A model generated the notes under the pieces. That model ran no database searches. It had not been told where the DNA came from and worked only from the letters and a program-made list of their open reading frames with translations. A stretch of 64,000 nucleotides of DNA from Octopus bimaculoides (taxonomy: Eukaryota). Shown one piece after another: positions 39,877-53,474 of the stretch (its first letter is position 1; the number at the start of each line of letters is the position of its first letter). The position numbers and the translations under genes were made by a program. The stretch is from contig NC_068987.1 in the NCBI RefSeq assembly GCF_001194135.2, positions 73,749,247-73,813,246 of the forward strand, written 5' to 3'.

Positions 39877-40766
39877 ACTATATATATATATATANNNNNN
39901 NNNNNNNNNNNNNNNNNNNNNNNNNNNNNNNNNNNNNNNNNNNNNNNNNNNNNNNNNNNNNNNNNNNNNNNNNNNNNNNNNNNNNNNNNNNNNNNNNNNN
40001 NNNNNNNNNNNNNNNNNNNNNNNNNNNNNNNNNNNNNNNNNNNNNNNNNNNNNNNNNNNNNNNNNNNNNNNNNNNNNNNNNNNNNNNNNNNNNNNNNNNN
40101 NNNNNNNNNNNNNNNNNNNNNNNNNNNNNNNNNNNNNNNNNNNNNNNNNNNNNNNNNNNNNNNNNNNNNNNNNNNNNNNNNNNNNNNNNNNNNNNNNNNN
40201 NNNNNNNNNNNNNNNNNNNNNNNNNNNNNNNNNNNNNNNNNNNNNNNNNNNNNNNNNNNNNNNNNNNNNNNNNNNNNNNNNNNNNNNNNNNNNNNNNNNN
40301 NNNNNNNNNNNNNNNNNNNNNNNNNNNNNNNNNNNNNNNNNNNNNNNNNNNNNNNNNNNNNNNNNNNNNNNNNNNNNNNNNNNNNNNNNNNNNNNNNNNN
40401 NNNNNNNNNNNNNNNNNNNNNNNNNNNNNNNNNNNNNNNNNNNNNNNNNNNNNNNNNNNNNNNNNNNNNNNNNNNNNNNNNNNNNNNNNNNNNNNNNNNN
40501 NNNNNNNNNNNNNNNNNNNNNNNNNNNNNNNNNNNNNNNNNNNNNNNNNNNNNNNNNNNNNNNNNNNNNNNNNNNNNNNNNNNNNNNNNNNNNNNNNNNN
40601 NNNNNNNNNNNNNNNNNNNNNNNNNNNNNNNNNNNNNNNNNNNNNNNNNATATATATATATATATATAAAACACATATTTATATATACACGCATATATAG
40701 ACATATATACACACGCACACACATATACATATATATACATATACGTATATGCATATATATTACGAT

Positions 40767-41136
40767 GATTAGCATCTAGGGTTGCTATGAATGTGAATAA
40801 TAATTCAAATTGAGGGAATGGGGTAGGTAAAATCCAGGCTACATCTGTTGCCTAACTAGCAGAACCTCAGAATTAATAGCTATTCAAGGAGGAGTACTCC
40901 ACTGGCTATTCATCAGGATGAAGATACCTTGACTCGGTATCCCTTTACGACAATGTAACCTTCATTTAAATAAGGTGTCTTCGGCCTGATAAATAGCTAG
41001 TGGAGTATTCCTCGTTGAGAAATTATTACTTCCGACGTTCTGCTAGTTACGAAACAGATGTAATCTGGATTTTTACCTGCTCCAATCCCTGATGTTGGAT
41101 ATCTATTCGCATTCATAGCAACCCTAGATGCCAATC
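40767..41136. mobile_element. 370-bp foldback MITE (long imperfect palindrome)
   Basis: gattagcatctagggttgctatgaatgtgaata ... tattcgcattcatagcaaccctagatgccaatc; inner arms also pair; related fragment at ~26565-26700. Confidence 0.9.
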
Positions 41137-42399
41137 TTGAAATATAAAATAACTTTTTTTCAGCATATCGAAGTTCGATATGGGAGAAATCTACAACCTT
41201 CTACGCCAATAAACTATTATTGTTCCTGAAAGTTGTTCCTTATACCAACTACGGACTTCATTTTTGTATTTTGTTAGCAAGATTCTTGGTGTGAATTCGT
41301 GTGTTTAAATAAATATTGTTGTGTCCTATAACAATAAACGACCACACTGATTTTTAACAATTTTCCTGCCGACCAATTAATGGATTTAGTGTGCAGTTTG
41401 GAGGTGATGCATTCTTTAACGAAATGCGTGTTTATTATTATTTGTGTGATGACCTTCCCAAGACATAAGCTCTGTGTGTGCGTGTGTGTGTGTGTGAGAG
41501 AGAGAGAGGATCAGATATAGAGGCACGTTATGAATGGGAAAAGAAACACATGACGAACAAGGTATACTTATGAAATCTATAAATGTTAGGGCGAAAAAAA
41601 AATTGCTGATGTTGCCTGTAAGTGTTTAAATTCAGCATCGAGCCCACAGGTTCATGATGTCGGAAAGCATTCAGATTTGAGAGGCGTTTAGGTGGTTGTG
41701 AGTATTAGACAACTCCTAAATGGTTTGCCGCTTCTTTGCAGGGTTAATTCCCAATTGCAACTGGAGCAACGTCTAATGGAGTACCCAGCTCAGGGACACA
41801 ACATACTTCTAAGGCCGTGTGTAAAACTAACGACCGTAATCTCAATGACTCCAAAAATGTCAGATGAGCAAAGTAAATCCGGCAAGTGACAATGTTTTAT
41901 AATGGATTGTAAGTTTTACAACATTTCTAATTAACAGATCTAAACAAAAAAAAAAAAAANNNNNNNNNNAAAAAAAAAAAAAAAAAAATTAAGGAAGAAC
42001 ATCAAGAAAAATACATATATAACAAAAAGGTATATGAAGAATAATACAAAGATCATTAATCCTTAATATATAATAAATTTGGAGAAACAAAATATGAAAA
42101 ATATGTAAAGGTTTGCAACCGCGAAATAAGGTTGCAAAAATAAAGCTAAAACACATTCAATACGAATATAAGGTTATATCGCGCGCTATTGCGCGCGCGC
42201 GCACACACAAATCTATACATATATATATATATATAACCATGACAGACTGTCACAGACCAACCAAAAATAAAATAAAAAAATCCTTTTTAACTCTTCTTCC
42301 CTCCCACCCCAGCTAGCCAGTCATACTGTCTCTTAAGACAGTAAAACATTCCCTCAATATACACAAGAGGAAAAAGCCAGGTCAGTTCCTCTTCAACTT

Positions 42400-42495
42400 T
42401 ATTGTCAAAGAATATGTATAAGAATATGTATATGTATTGTCAAAGAATATGTATAAGAATATGTATATGTATTGTCAAAGAATATGTATATGTAT
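42400..42495. repeat. 35-bp minisatellite next to a gap
   Basis: tattgtcaaagaatatgtataagaatatgtatatg repeated ~2.5 times. Confidence 0.85.
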
Positions 42496-44368
42496 TATTC
42501 CATATGTGTATTTTNNNNNNNNNNNNNNNNNNNNNNNNNNNNNNNNNNNNNNNNNNNNNNNNNNNNNNNNNNNNNNNNNNNNNNNNNNNNNNNNNNNNNN
42601 NNNNNNNNNNNNNNNNNNNNNNNNNNNNNNNNNNNNNNNNNNNNNNNNNNNNNNNNNNNNNNNNNNNNNNNNNNNNNNNNNNNNNNNNNNNNNNNNNNNN
42701 NNNNNNNNNNNNNNNNNNNNNNNNNNNNNNNNNNNNNNNNNNNNNNNNNNNNNNNNNNNNNNNNNNNNNNATATATATATATATATACATATATACACAT
42801 CTTGAACATATGGTAAAATGAATTAAATGCTGCGTTGCGTAAAGTTAACATATTGTGTAGAAAATATAAAATTATACGTTTCATAGTTTGATTATATACA
42901 CCTTGGCATACACCTCCACACATCTTTATACAACTATTCGTGCCTATTCGTTTCTCAATCTATCCAGTTATATTTTTAGCTATATACATATATGTATAAA
43001 CTGTATAATGTATTTGCGTATATATGTATTTATACTGTCTCACACTTAGACATCTGTATCTTCCTTCGTACATATGTGCATTTCTATCTGACCAAATATA
43101 AACAACCAACCTTTTTATTATAGCAACACACAACTATTATTTCTGAAAAGCAAAAATTAAAAAAAAATAAACCAAACATTTTAAAATAGATTCGACTTGT
43201 ACAGACAGACGGGGTACTGTTAAACTCTTCTCACTGCCTCTCTTTCTCTCTCTCTCTCATTCTCTCTCTCTCTCTCATTCTCTCTCTCTCTCATTCTCTC
43301 TCCCGCCCTCCCCCCTCTTTCTTCACGTCACTATTGACAAACATCAGAACAACGAATTAACCAAGAATAATAAATAACTTAAACCCAAATACGAATGAAA
43401 ACTAGGCCAACACTTCGCACCAACATTGATAACATTCAGAGGAAATTGTCAAATCTAGTAACGTCGATGTATAGGCAGACAGAAAAACTGTAGCTTTATG
43501 CAGTGGAAATCTGTGGTGCCTTTTCGATCTTCAACCACTTTTGAAAATTGCCTAGAAGGTTTCGCTCAGTATTAATAGCTCCAGCCATACATACACATAT
43601 TCATATATATACAAACATGCACATGAAATGTATACATGTACACACAGACACACACATTCTCTCTTTCTCATACACACATGGTCGCACACACTCACACACA
43701 CACATAACCAAAGCTATGCGACAACTCCGTAACCGCCTCTTCTCTCATCCCATGCCCTCTGATCCCAAGCTCACAACCAACTTCTTGTTTGCTCCACCGA
43801 CTTTTCAGCTCATTTCCTGCTCCTTCCTCACTCACTAACTCCTTCCGTGACGTCCGCAACCTCTAGTAACCCACTATCTATTTATTCCCCGAGATCCACA
43901 AACCCGAAAACCCTTCCTACCTCATTGTCTCTGCTTGTAACTGCTCCGACTACAGCGACGACCTCTTTGCATCCCTTGTTGCTGCCCTTCCCTCCCACAG
44001 CTACGATATCAACCATACCCCCCTCCTCTTTAACTTTAACTCCTTCTTCTCTCCTGGCCCTCTAGTTTCACCATAGATATCATCTCTCTTTACACCATTA
44101 TCGCTCACGTTGTATCCTAAATTTCTCAGTGAAGGGCTAGCGTAAATCACTCAAGTTCTGTTACATGCAACTACATCATGTATTCTACACATACGAGTGT
44201 ATAACCAAAAGCCTATACTTGAATCATATTTATTTTTCGTCTATTACTAAAATGTTTGTATATTTATAATGAAGACAGAGTAGTTGGCTGAAATTCAGTT
44301 GCCGTAAACTGTTGTCTTATGTGCAGTATGGTGAAGAAAAACGAGTAGGGTCTTGATGAGAAAGAAAG

Positions 44369-44423
<55 letters not shown>

Positions 44424-44845
44424 TCAATCCTGGCATGGTATTTTATGTATGTGAGCTAGTACTTTACATATCAATTCCGAAGGGATTAAAGACAAATTAG
44501 GTCTCGGCTGGATTTGAACTCAGAGTGGACAGAGCCGGATAATATATAGTTAGGTATTCTATCCAACACTCTAGCGACTCTCTCAATTCGACTGCTTGTA
44601 GTATTGAAAGTTCTTTGAACGTTACATTTCGTCGAAGGGGAGATAATTCAAACAGCAATCGAATTTATTGTTAGCTAACATTCTTCCGAATTTATTCCAC
44701 TAACAAATTAATCAATTAACTGACTAATTGACTATCTAATTGTTAAACTTTATTCTGTTATTAATTGATATTTATTTCTATTTTGTTCTGTCCCATCGTG
44801 AAAGGTTTCTGTTTTTTAAGCAACACCGTATTCTATATTTTGCAG

Positions 44846-45136
44846 TCTGCCAAAACCATTCCAACGAATTAATCATTGTTTTGGACACACGAACCCGGAG
44901 TCGCGAAAACTGCTTGTTTGTTGTTTGTGAGCAGCTTTTTATTCCATACATTAGCGTATTTGGTTTCCTGCCCGGATACGAGACTTCATTTCCGAAGCAC
45001 CAATCTAAACTCATGCCACCAGCATTATCGATGAGGGCGTCCTTTGCAGACTACCAAGCTCTCTTTTCTGATCTGATCAGACAAATAAATATTTCCTTGG
45101 ATACCCTGACTGTTATATACGATGCTGACAACAAAG
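44846..45136 (+). CDS. Exon 3 of the IR/iGluR-like gene (ATD)
   Basis: Acceptor tatattttgcAG; 291 nt open, (I)CQNHSNELIIVLDTRTRSRENCLFVVCEQLFIPYIS...ALSMRASFADYQALFSDLIRQINISLDTLTVIYDADNK; donor G|GTACAT; phase 1-1; resembles the recalled IR25a segment from LILDTT/LPTIS to ILYDD. Confidence 0.88.
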
Positions 45137-45673
45137 GTACATTCTACTTAATTGCTTCCTTTTTGCTGTTTGTCTCCGTTTCTATTCAATAGATCCCTCC
45201 CTCATCACCAAAACCAAAACTAGGATTGCAACCACTACATCAGGCACNNNNNNNNNNNNNNNNNNNNNNNNNNNNNNNNNNNNNNNNNNNNNNNNNNNNN
45301 NNNNNNNNNNNNNNNNNNNNNNNNNNNNNNNNNNNNNNNNNNNNNNNNNNNNNNNNNNNNNNNNNNNNNNNNNNNNNNNNNNNNNNNNNNNNNNNNNNNN
45401 NNNNNNNNNNNNNNNNNNNNNNNNNNNNNNNNNNNNNNNNNNNNNNNNNNNNNNNNNNNNNNNNNNNNNNNNNNNNNNNNNNNNNNNNNNNNNNNNNNNN
45501 NNNNNNNNNNNNNNNNNNNNNNNNNNNNNNNNNNNNNNNNNNNNNNNNNNNNNNNNNNNNNNNNNNNNNNNNNNNNNNNNNNNNNNNNNNNNNNNNNNNN
45601 NNNNNNNNNNNNNNNNNNNNNNNNNNNNNNNNNNNNNNNNNNNNNNNNNNNNNNNNNNNNNNNNNNNNNNNNN

Positions 45674-45708
<35 letters not shown>

Positions 45709-45779
45709 GTTGGTGCTGGTGCTGCTGGTGCTGCTGCTGCTGCTGGTGGTGGTGGTGGTGCTGCTGCTGCTGCTGCTGA

Positions 45780-45832
<53 letters not shown>

Positions 45833-46875
45833 GTACTAACATGATCACAACCGTAAAACACTGACACTAATGCTAACACTACGACGATGACGACGACGAC
45901 GACCACCACCACCACTGTTATCACAGCTATCGCAATAAATTGTCACTAATGTCACAACCTCAACCATCGCAATCATCGCGAGCAACACTTATATCACACT
46001 TTATTTCGTACCAACTACGACCGATCATATTGGCATTGCCACAACATGCAATAACCATTGTCGCAAACTATACTATCACTTATACCACGACCATAACGAT
46101 GACAACTATCACCACCAAAACAACAACAGCAGCAAATCAACACAAGAAGAATCTTTACTTAAGAGTCACTGGACCTGCTGGAAATAGCAGCCAAATCTTC
46201 CTCGAATAACAAGAGTGGAAAGAGTAAGGAATAAAAAAAAAGAAACAATGTTCATGGCTTTGTTGTATTTAATTATTGGTGTGCTTAGTTCAAAATTGAC
46301 CTAGGGTTACGCAATAACAATAACAACAAGAAGAGCAACCGCCAATGTTATATGCTTCCAGCCGCCGGGGTGGGGTGGGGGGAGTTACTGCGTGGTTGCA
46401 CAACCTGCTTGAAATGGCAGGCAAAATCGTTAGAGCGTCGGAAAAAATGGGTTGTGGTATTTGTTGCGAATGTATACATTCTGAGTTCAAATGCCGCCAA
46501 ATGTAACATTGCCTTTCATTCTACCATGATCGATAAGGCTGAGAGTCCAAGACTTTCATTTGAACGGAGTATAACAAGGATATTCCTCAGATGCTACTGG
46601 GACACATTTTGAGTGTATTGGAGCCTTGCTCAACTAGGGTGCCTTTCCCCAGGACACAGGGAGTCACCCGGTCAAAGAATCGAAACCACGATCTAATGAT
46701 GGTGAGCCCAACACTCTAACTATTCGACCACACATCTTCAAAAACTTTAGGGATGGGCAAAATGTCATCGTTTCGATTATAAATGTCCTCGATTAGAGCT
46801 CATCTGTAAACAGACTAAAACAAAAATTATCCATATCTAAAAATTATATAATTTCTCTCTTGCATATTCTTTACG

Positions 46876-46923
<48 letters not shown>

Positions 46924-46969
46924 CATACATACATACATACATACATGCATACATGCATACATACATACA

Positions 46970-47003
<34 letters not shown>

Positions 47004-47060
47004 CATACATACATATATATATATTTCAAGGTATCATTCTGTTGTTCTTATATATTGCAG

Positions 47061-47233
47061 AGTTAACATCTATATTTGATTCCTACAACGAACAAGGTTC
47101 CACGTTCCTCCTAACCTACGAAATAAGCTCAGTGCTATATGACAATATCTTTCAGAATCTACAGAGTAAAATGGACGCCAGAAACTTTCTAGCCTTCGGT
47201 AACACGACGGCTCTAGAGTCAGTTTGGGAGAAG
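47061..47233 (+). CDS. Exon 4 of the IR/iGluR-like gene
   Basis: Acceptor cttatatattgcAG; (E)LTSIFDSY...MDARNFLAFGNTTALESVWEK; donor AAG|GTTAGT; phase 1-0. Confidence 0.88.
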
Positions 47234-47557
47234 GTTAGTATGATGTCACTTTATATAGTCATATTTATTACACCGTTTCCAGTAGGTACAGGGTCAGTGC
47301 AGCCTTCGACTTCTCTATCCAAAGGAATTTTTTACCCAAAATTTGCACGCTATTATTTATAGCTTTATCAGCTTCCAGTTTCACCGCTCTAAAAAATAAA
47401 ATATTTCGTTTTTTCTTTGTTGCATATAACTCAGATTTGTACGAAGAATATACAAACATGTACGCGTAAGTGTGTTTATGTGTGCGTATATGCGTATGTA
47501 TGTATGTATAGGTGTAGGAGTAGATCTATACCTAAAAAAAACAACAAAAATCAATAT

Positions 47558-47970
47558 AGGCGCAGGAGTGGCTGTGTGCTAAGTAGCTTGCTTACCAACA
47601 ACATGGTCCGGGGTTCAGTCCCACTGCGTGGCATCTTGGGCAAGTGTCTTCAACTATAGCCTCGGGCCGACCAAAACCTTGTGAGTGGATTTGGTAGACG
47701 GAAACTGAAAGAAGCCTGTCGTATATATGTATATATATATATGTATGTGTGTATGTGTTTGTATGCCTGTGTTTGTCCCCCCAACATCGCTTGACAACCG
47801 ATGCTGGTGTGTTTATGTCCCCGTAACTTAGCGGTTCGGCAAAAGAGACCGATAGAATAAGTACTAGGCTTCCAAAGAATAAGTCCTGGGATCGATTTGC
47901 TCGACTAAAGGCGGTGCTCCAGCATGGCCACAGTCAAAAAGACTGAAACAAGTAAAAGAGTAAAAGAGAG
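47558..47970 (+). mobile_element. SINE family C, full length with internal microsatellite
   Basis: aggcgcaggagtggctgtgtg...ggttcagtcccactgcg...gaaactgaaagaagcc-(TA/TG)n-...gactgaaacaagtaaaagag. Confidence 0.9.
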
Positions 47971-48454
47971 ATACACAAACACACGCACACACATTATGCA
48001 AATAAATACTTATACATCTACGTAATCATACAGCTAGACAAACGATCACACTACACCCGTTTTGGCTGAAAATGTTGTCAAGCCACATTTGAAAAGATTT
48101 TTGGTCGATCGGTTGAAGAATCATTGTCTAAATAAATAAATGTATGCTCTGTAAAAGTGAAGACGTGTGACCTAGTAGTTAGTCTGTTGCACTCATGATC
48201 TTACAATCGTGGTTTCGATTTCCAGCCTGCTGCATTCTTGAGCAAAATATTTACTTTCAGGTCACTCCACTTCACTCAGCTGTAAATGAGTTCTAGAAAT
48301 AACTGAGAAACTAATCCTAACATTGACTAACATCCTGTTCAAGGTGGAGTGTTATAATTCTAGTCACTTATACACCACGGAAGCCGAATAAAACTCCAAC
48401 CTTATAAGCCGGGGTTCATCATAGATCGTATGCTATTATTAAAGAAAGAAATGC

Positions 48455-48630
48455 GGTGAGCTGCCAGAATCGTTAGCGAGTCGGGCAAAATACTTAGCGG
48501 TATTTCGTCCGTCCTTACGGACGAAATACCACCGGGATCAAGACAATAAGTACCAGTTGAGTGCTGGGATCGATGTAGTCGACTATCCATCCCATTTCCC
48601 CAAATTTCAAGCCGAGAAAGGATTATGAAA
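48455..48630 (+). mobile_element. SINE A copy whose B-box segment is replaced by a 14-bp perfect hairpin
   Basis: ggtatttcgtccgt-cctt-acggacgaaatacc at 48499-48530. Confidence 0.85.
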
Positions 48631-48787
48631 GGATTATGAAAGATAGTAGAAACATTGATCAGCTCCGACTTAAATGGCTGCACATATACGATAGGATCTC
48701 CATTTCACTGAAGTTTTATTTGTTTTATATTGTCTTCTTTCACTCTCTGATTTTTTTTTTCTTTCTTTGAATAAAATTCTGATATAG

Positions 48788-48937
48788 GCAAAAGCAAACA
48801 ATCTTCTCTCCGAATTTCACCAATGGGTGGTTGTTGTAACCGATAACCACCTTCCAGTCTGTCGTAACTGCTCTGATTACATAGTCATGTTACTGCCTGT
48901 GGCATTGTCAAACGAGTCCACTTGTAATACATCGTCG
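48788..48937 (+). CDS. Exon 5 of the IR/iGluR-like gene
   Basis: Acceptor ttctgatatAG with upstream T tract; 150 nt, AKANNLLSEFHQWVVVVTDNHLPVCRNCSDYIVMLLPVALSNESTCNTSS; donor TCG|GTAAGT; phase 0-0. Confidence 0.88.
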
Positions 48938-49336
48938 GTAAGTATAGCTTCTCGATTTGCATTGATATACTTTGCTGCTTTCTGCATGCTCACATCGATG
49001 CAAATAGTTGGGATTTAAGACACCATTTCAGGCATTTAGTGATTACGCGTCAGATTATAGTAGTAAAGAGATCTAAATGGAATCTTTACTACTTTACTAA
49101 GTAAGCACAATATAGCCAAATGGTTCGCAAGTTTACTAACAGTTGCTAAGAACACATATGTAATTCCACATTGAGATATCTCGAGGCAAATATCTTTTAC
49201 CATAGTCTAGGATCGACCCAAGTCTCGTGAGAGAAACTGGTGAAACTTTAAATAATCCCTTCAAATGGATTGTATCAGTTATTCAAAGGCCGATCTTTTT
49301 CCTCACACTCAACCACTTACAAGCTGATTCTATGAA

Positions 49337-49556
49337 TATGAGGGGTTGCTAAAAAGTTCTGGCTATGGGTAAAAGAAAATACAGGAGGATCAGTTAATTA
49401 TGATTTTATTCAACATATTCCTCTCTCAGATTCACATACTTGTTGCAGCGATCCTTCAGTTTTTCTAATCTCTGTAAAAGAACACCGAAGGCTGGGCCTG
49501 CAACCGGGCCTTTCTCGAAATCCTTAAAGCCAGGAAGTTTCCAGCACCCCCTCGTA
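49337..49556. mobile_element. Mariner-derived MITE retaining the transposase C-terminal remnant
   Basis: TIRs tatgaggggttgctaaaaagttctggct / agccaggaagtttccagcaccccctcgta; minus-strand KLKDRCNKYVNLREEYVE* resembles the mariner KLxxRWxKCVxxxGxYVE end. Confidence 0.85.
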
Positions 49557-50192
49557 TATAGATCAGTTGATCTGTATACGACTGAAAACAAAGAATTTCT
49601 GAGCGAGACTTTTAGAAAAATAAATCACAAAACAAATAGATCACAAAGTTTATGAAAAATTACATTACCTCATAAAAATATGGATTGTAGGATATTTGAA
49701 GGGAATTTCTCAGTGAATCAGTGACCTATCACATGAGTTGTCTCAGATTCATGCTAAGCCAACATTGTCTTTACAAAAGTAACCATACGGTGTTTTATGC
49801 AATCATGGTGTACCTAAAATTACAACCTCCAGTGATTACTTCCATGCACTAGACGGTAGAGTATGATTAGTTCCCGGGGGATTCGGTTGCTATTTCTACC
49901 AGATGCAAGCTGTTGACCCAATCAGTGTACATTCTACGAAACGTGGTATACCAGGTAAAGTGCACATGTCGGTTGAAGTGTTTTGCCAAAGATTCTCTGG
50001 AAACTAATTACTCTAATAAGTTATCAGAAATGCTTGTCGAATGATTCTAAACCTCAGCAGCATTATCAGCATGTTTTACATACCATCGCTAATATAATGT
50101 CCAAATCTCAAAACATGCATATAATAACAGATATAGAAAGAAGTGTACACGAACAGGTATGAGCACACATATGATACATACATACATATACA

Positions 50193-50224
<32 letters not shown>

Positions 50225-50559
50225 AACACGCACACACACAACTACGAATATGAAAATGCTTCGCTGGAAGAAGTCTAACAAGACAGAAGCATATATAGAA
50301 TTATCACTGTACACACGAAAGATAAGATGACCTTCCTTCTATATATCCCCATTTAGTTTTCTTTTATTAATTTGTATTTCGAAGTTGTCTCCCTTGACTT
50401 TCTCAACAAAATTTATTATTGACGCTAATAACCTTTCTCTTTGTAAGGACTGAGATTTTATTTGACTGAATTGCTTGTTCTCTCACTTACCACCAGCTGA
50501 TTATTCTTCCATTGTTGTGAAAAAATTGCCTTACAATACATATTTACCTGCGTATGCGC

Positions 50560-50810
50560 CGTAGGTTAGTGGTTAGAGCTTTCAATTCAAGACAAAAGTT
50601 CGTGAATTCAATCCCTGTAATTGGGTGCATTTTGTGTCCTTGAGCAAGGTACTTCATTTCATGTTACTCTAGTTATCAGCCGACGGTTGGGGTAACCCTC
50701 CTGCTCTTTAGCTGTCACATCTTAAATACACCGTTGTGTCAAGAATCAATGTACCGAGAGGGTGTCTGCACCTGCTCGTGACTACAGAAACACCTAAAGC
50801 ATGTTACCAA
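50560..50810 (+). mobile_element. SINE family B
   Basis: gcgccgtaggttagtggttagagc...gaattcaatccc...gtgtccttgagcaaggtacttcatttc. Confidence 0.7.
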
Positions 50811-51066
50811 ACCAAACCAAACGAAACCAAACTAAACCAAATCAAACTAGACCAAACGCAAGTCACACATGATTGACAACTGATCTAGTTAAATCCTTTT
50901 GCGGTCAACTTAAAATTTCAGTAGTGAAAATATCTGCATGTCACGCTACCAATCACCCCACAGTGGATCAATAAAACAGATATAAATAATGTAAACGCTG
51001 AGTTTGATTGGTCTCTTCAAACTATAAATCGGTGGTCATTTCCAAAGTTAGAATTTCATTAATATT

Positions 51067-51109
<43 letters not shown>

Positions 51110-51509
51110 CAGCAGCAGCTGTTCTTGTTCTTGTTGTTGCTCTAGTTACCATTATTGTTATTGCTGTTGATGTTGTTTGTTGTTGCTGCTGTTGTTATTG
51201 TTGTGGTTATCCTTGGAGTTCTTTTACTGTTGTTGTTGTTATTATTACTGTTGTTGTTGTTATTGTTATTTTCGTTCCACTGTTGCTGTTGTACTTTGCC
51301 CTTCTACAAACTACCTGCCCTCGTTAAGTATTTGAATGTTTCGTATTTAAGCTGTCCTTCTGGCAAATGCAGAAATACTTTCCATCGTGTAGTCTTATTT
51401 TTATTGCATACGTTTGTTTTTTCTGCACAACTAGCAACCAGGCACAATTCTGTGTGCCTTCAGTTGTACGTGCTATTTTATATTATTTTTCAGATTATTA
51501 TTATTATCA

Positions 51510-51547
<38 letters not shown>

Positions 51548-51816
51548 GTTCAGTTGTTTTATTTTTATAACGTGCTTTCACTTCACTACCGAGCGCAGTT
51601 CTGTGTGCCTTGGGTATGTGCTGTGGTTTGTTGTGATGTTCTTATTTTTACTGTTTTACGTAGGATGTGTGCGGTGCCTAGTAGTACTATTTACTGTATG
51701 CTATATATATTTGTTAGTCCTGGTGTGTTTGTTATGTATTTGTCTGAATAATTTTTATCATACCTAATGTTTATTATTGTTGTTGTTGTCGTTATTATTA
51801 TTATTATTATTATTAA

Positions 51817-51855
<39 letters not shown>

Positions 51856-52616
51856 GATATTGTTGTTGTTGTAGTTGTTGCTTGTCATCGTGGCTTTTTA
51901 TTTCCTGCGACATTACAAGATGCCATATTTATTCACCACGTGACATACTATCCTCTACTATTCAACTGTAACCTTCTCTCCCAGGGTGGGTAAAAAAATA
52001 AAAAGCGAAATAAAAAAAACATATCACAGTTATAAAAATAATTGGCAATAACCCAAACTTGATTTTCGGTTAACGTTCTGCATAACATTTTCTTCTTCTT
52101 CTTCTTCTTCTTCTTCTTCTTCTTCTTCTTCTTCTTCTTCTTCTTCTTCTTCTTCTTCTTCTTCTTCTCCCCCTCCTCCTCCTCCTCCTCCTCCTTCACA
52201 TCCTCCACCATGTAGACTAAAGTCGATCTCCATCACGTCTGTTGTCATTCATGCCTGCCAACTAGGGAACCAGCCTCTACAAAATAGTTCGACTTTCTAG
52301 AAATAGTAACTATATTCTCTCTCGAATCACACCCTAAGAATATATTGGAGACTTTAATCACAGACATACTGTAGCTGAACAATATGGTTGGATGGCCATA
52401 GCTGGAACGCTTTTGATCATAGGTTCACCCACTGGAATTTTGGTCAGGCGTTAAACAAGAGTAAAAACAACAGCGAGGACGTTTATATGTGATCACTCGA
52501 TCGGGTAGAAATAACAGCCACATGTACATCAAATAACATGCTCTACCTGTCTTAAAAGGAGGAGTGTATTGGATAATATAGATCTATACCTAAAAAAAAA
52601 AAAAAACAATCAATAT

Positions 52617-53025
52617 AGGCGCAGGAGTGGCTGTGTGGTAAGTAGCTTGCTTACCAACCACATGGTTCTGGGTTCAGTCCCACTGCGTGGCACCTTGGGC
52701 AAGTGGCTTCTACTATAGCCTCGGGCCGACCAAAGCCTTGTGAGTGGATTTGGTAGACGGAAACTGAAAGAAGCCTGTCGTATATATGTATATGTATATA
52801 TATATGTGTGTATTTGTGTGTGTGTGTTTGTACCCCCAACAATCGCTGCTGGTGTGTTTACGTCCCCGTAACCTAGCAGTTCGGCAAAAGAGACTGATAG
52901 AATAAATACTAGGCTTACAAAGAATAAGTCTTGGGGTCAATTTGCTCGACTAAAGGCAGTGCTCCAGCATGGCCGCAGTCAAATGACAAACAAGTAAAGA
53001 GTAAAGTGTAAAGAGTAAAGAGTAA
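52617..53025 (+). mobile_element. SINE family C, full length, inserted in a family-D body
   Basis: Highly similar to 47558-47970; D-type sequence resumes after ~53025. Confidence 0.9.
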
Positions 53026-53474
53026 GCAATGATGGAATGCTTTTGATCACAAGTTTGTGCGATTAATATTAACCTGAAATTCAGTAACAACGACAACGGT
53101 AGTATCGATAATGGTTTTTAAAATGTTTGCACATGGACAGCAGCTTGTGAGTGTGGGGTGGGGGGGGAGATGAAATCGATTACATCGTCCGCTGTATTTG
53201 ACTGCAACCTATTTTATCGATCCCGAAAGGATGAAAAATCGACCTCGGCGAAATTTGAGCTCAGAACGTAAGGACAGGCGAAATACTGCTAAGCATTTTG
53301 TCCGGCGTGCTAACTCGCGGCTTTAGCAGAGGCAGTAGTAATAGCAACAATAATAGTGCAACAAAAGCAACAACGACAACGATGATGACGACGACGATAA
53401 ACAACGACAACCTCCTTCATCACTGTATGATTCTCAATTTGACATCATTTGTTCTATAATTTTCAATATTATAA

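Noticed and set aside
41173-41305. Phase-1 acceptor and open frame in intron 2
   Set aside because: No donor in a compatible phase; ends in a stop; not needed for the ATD alignment.
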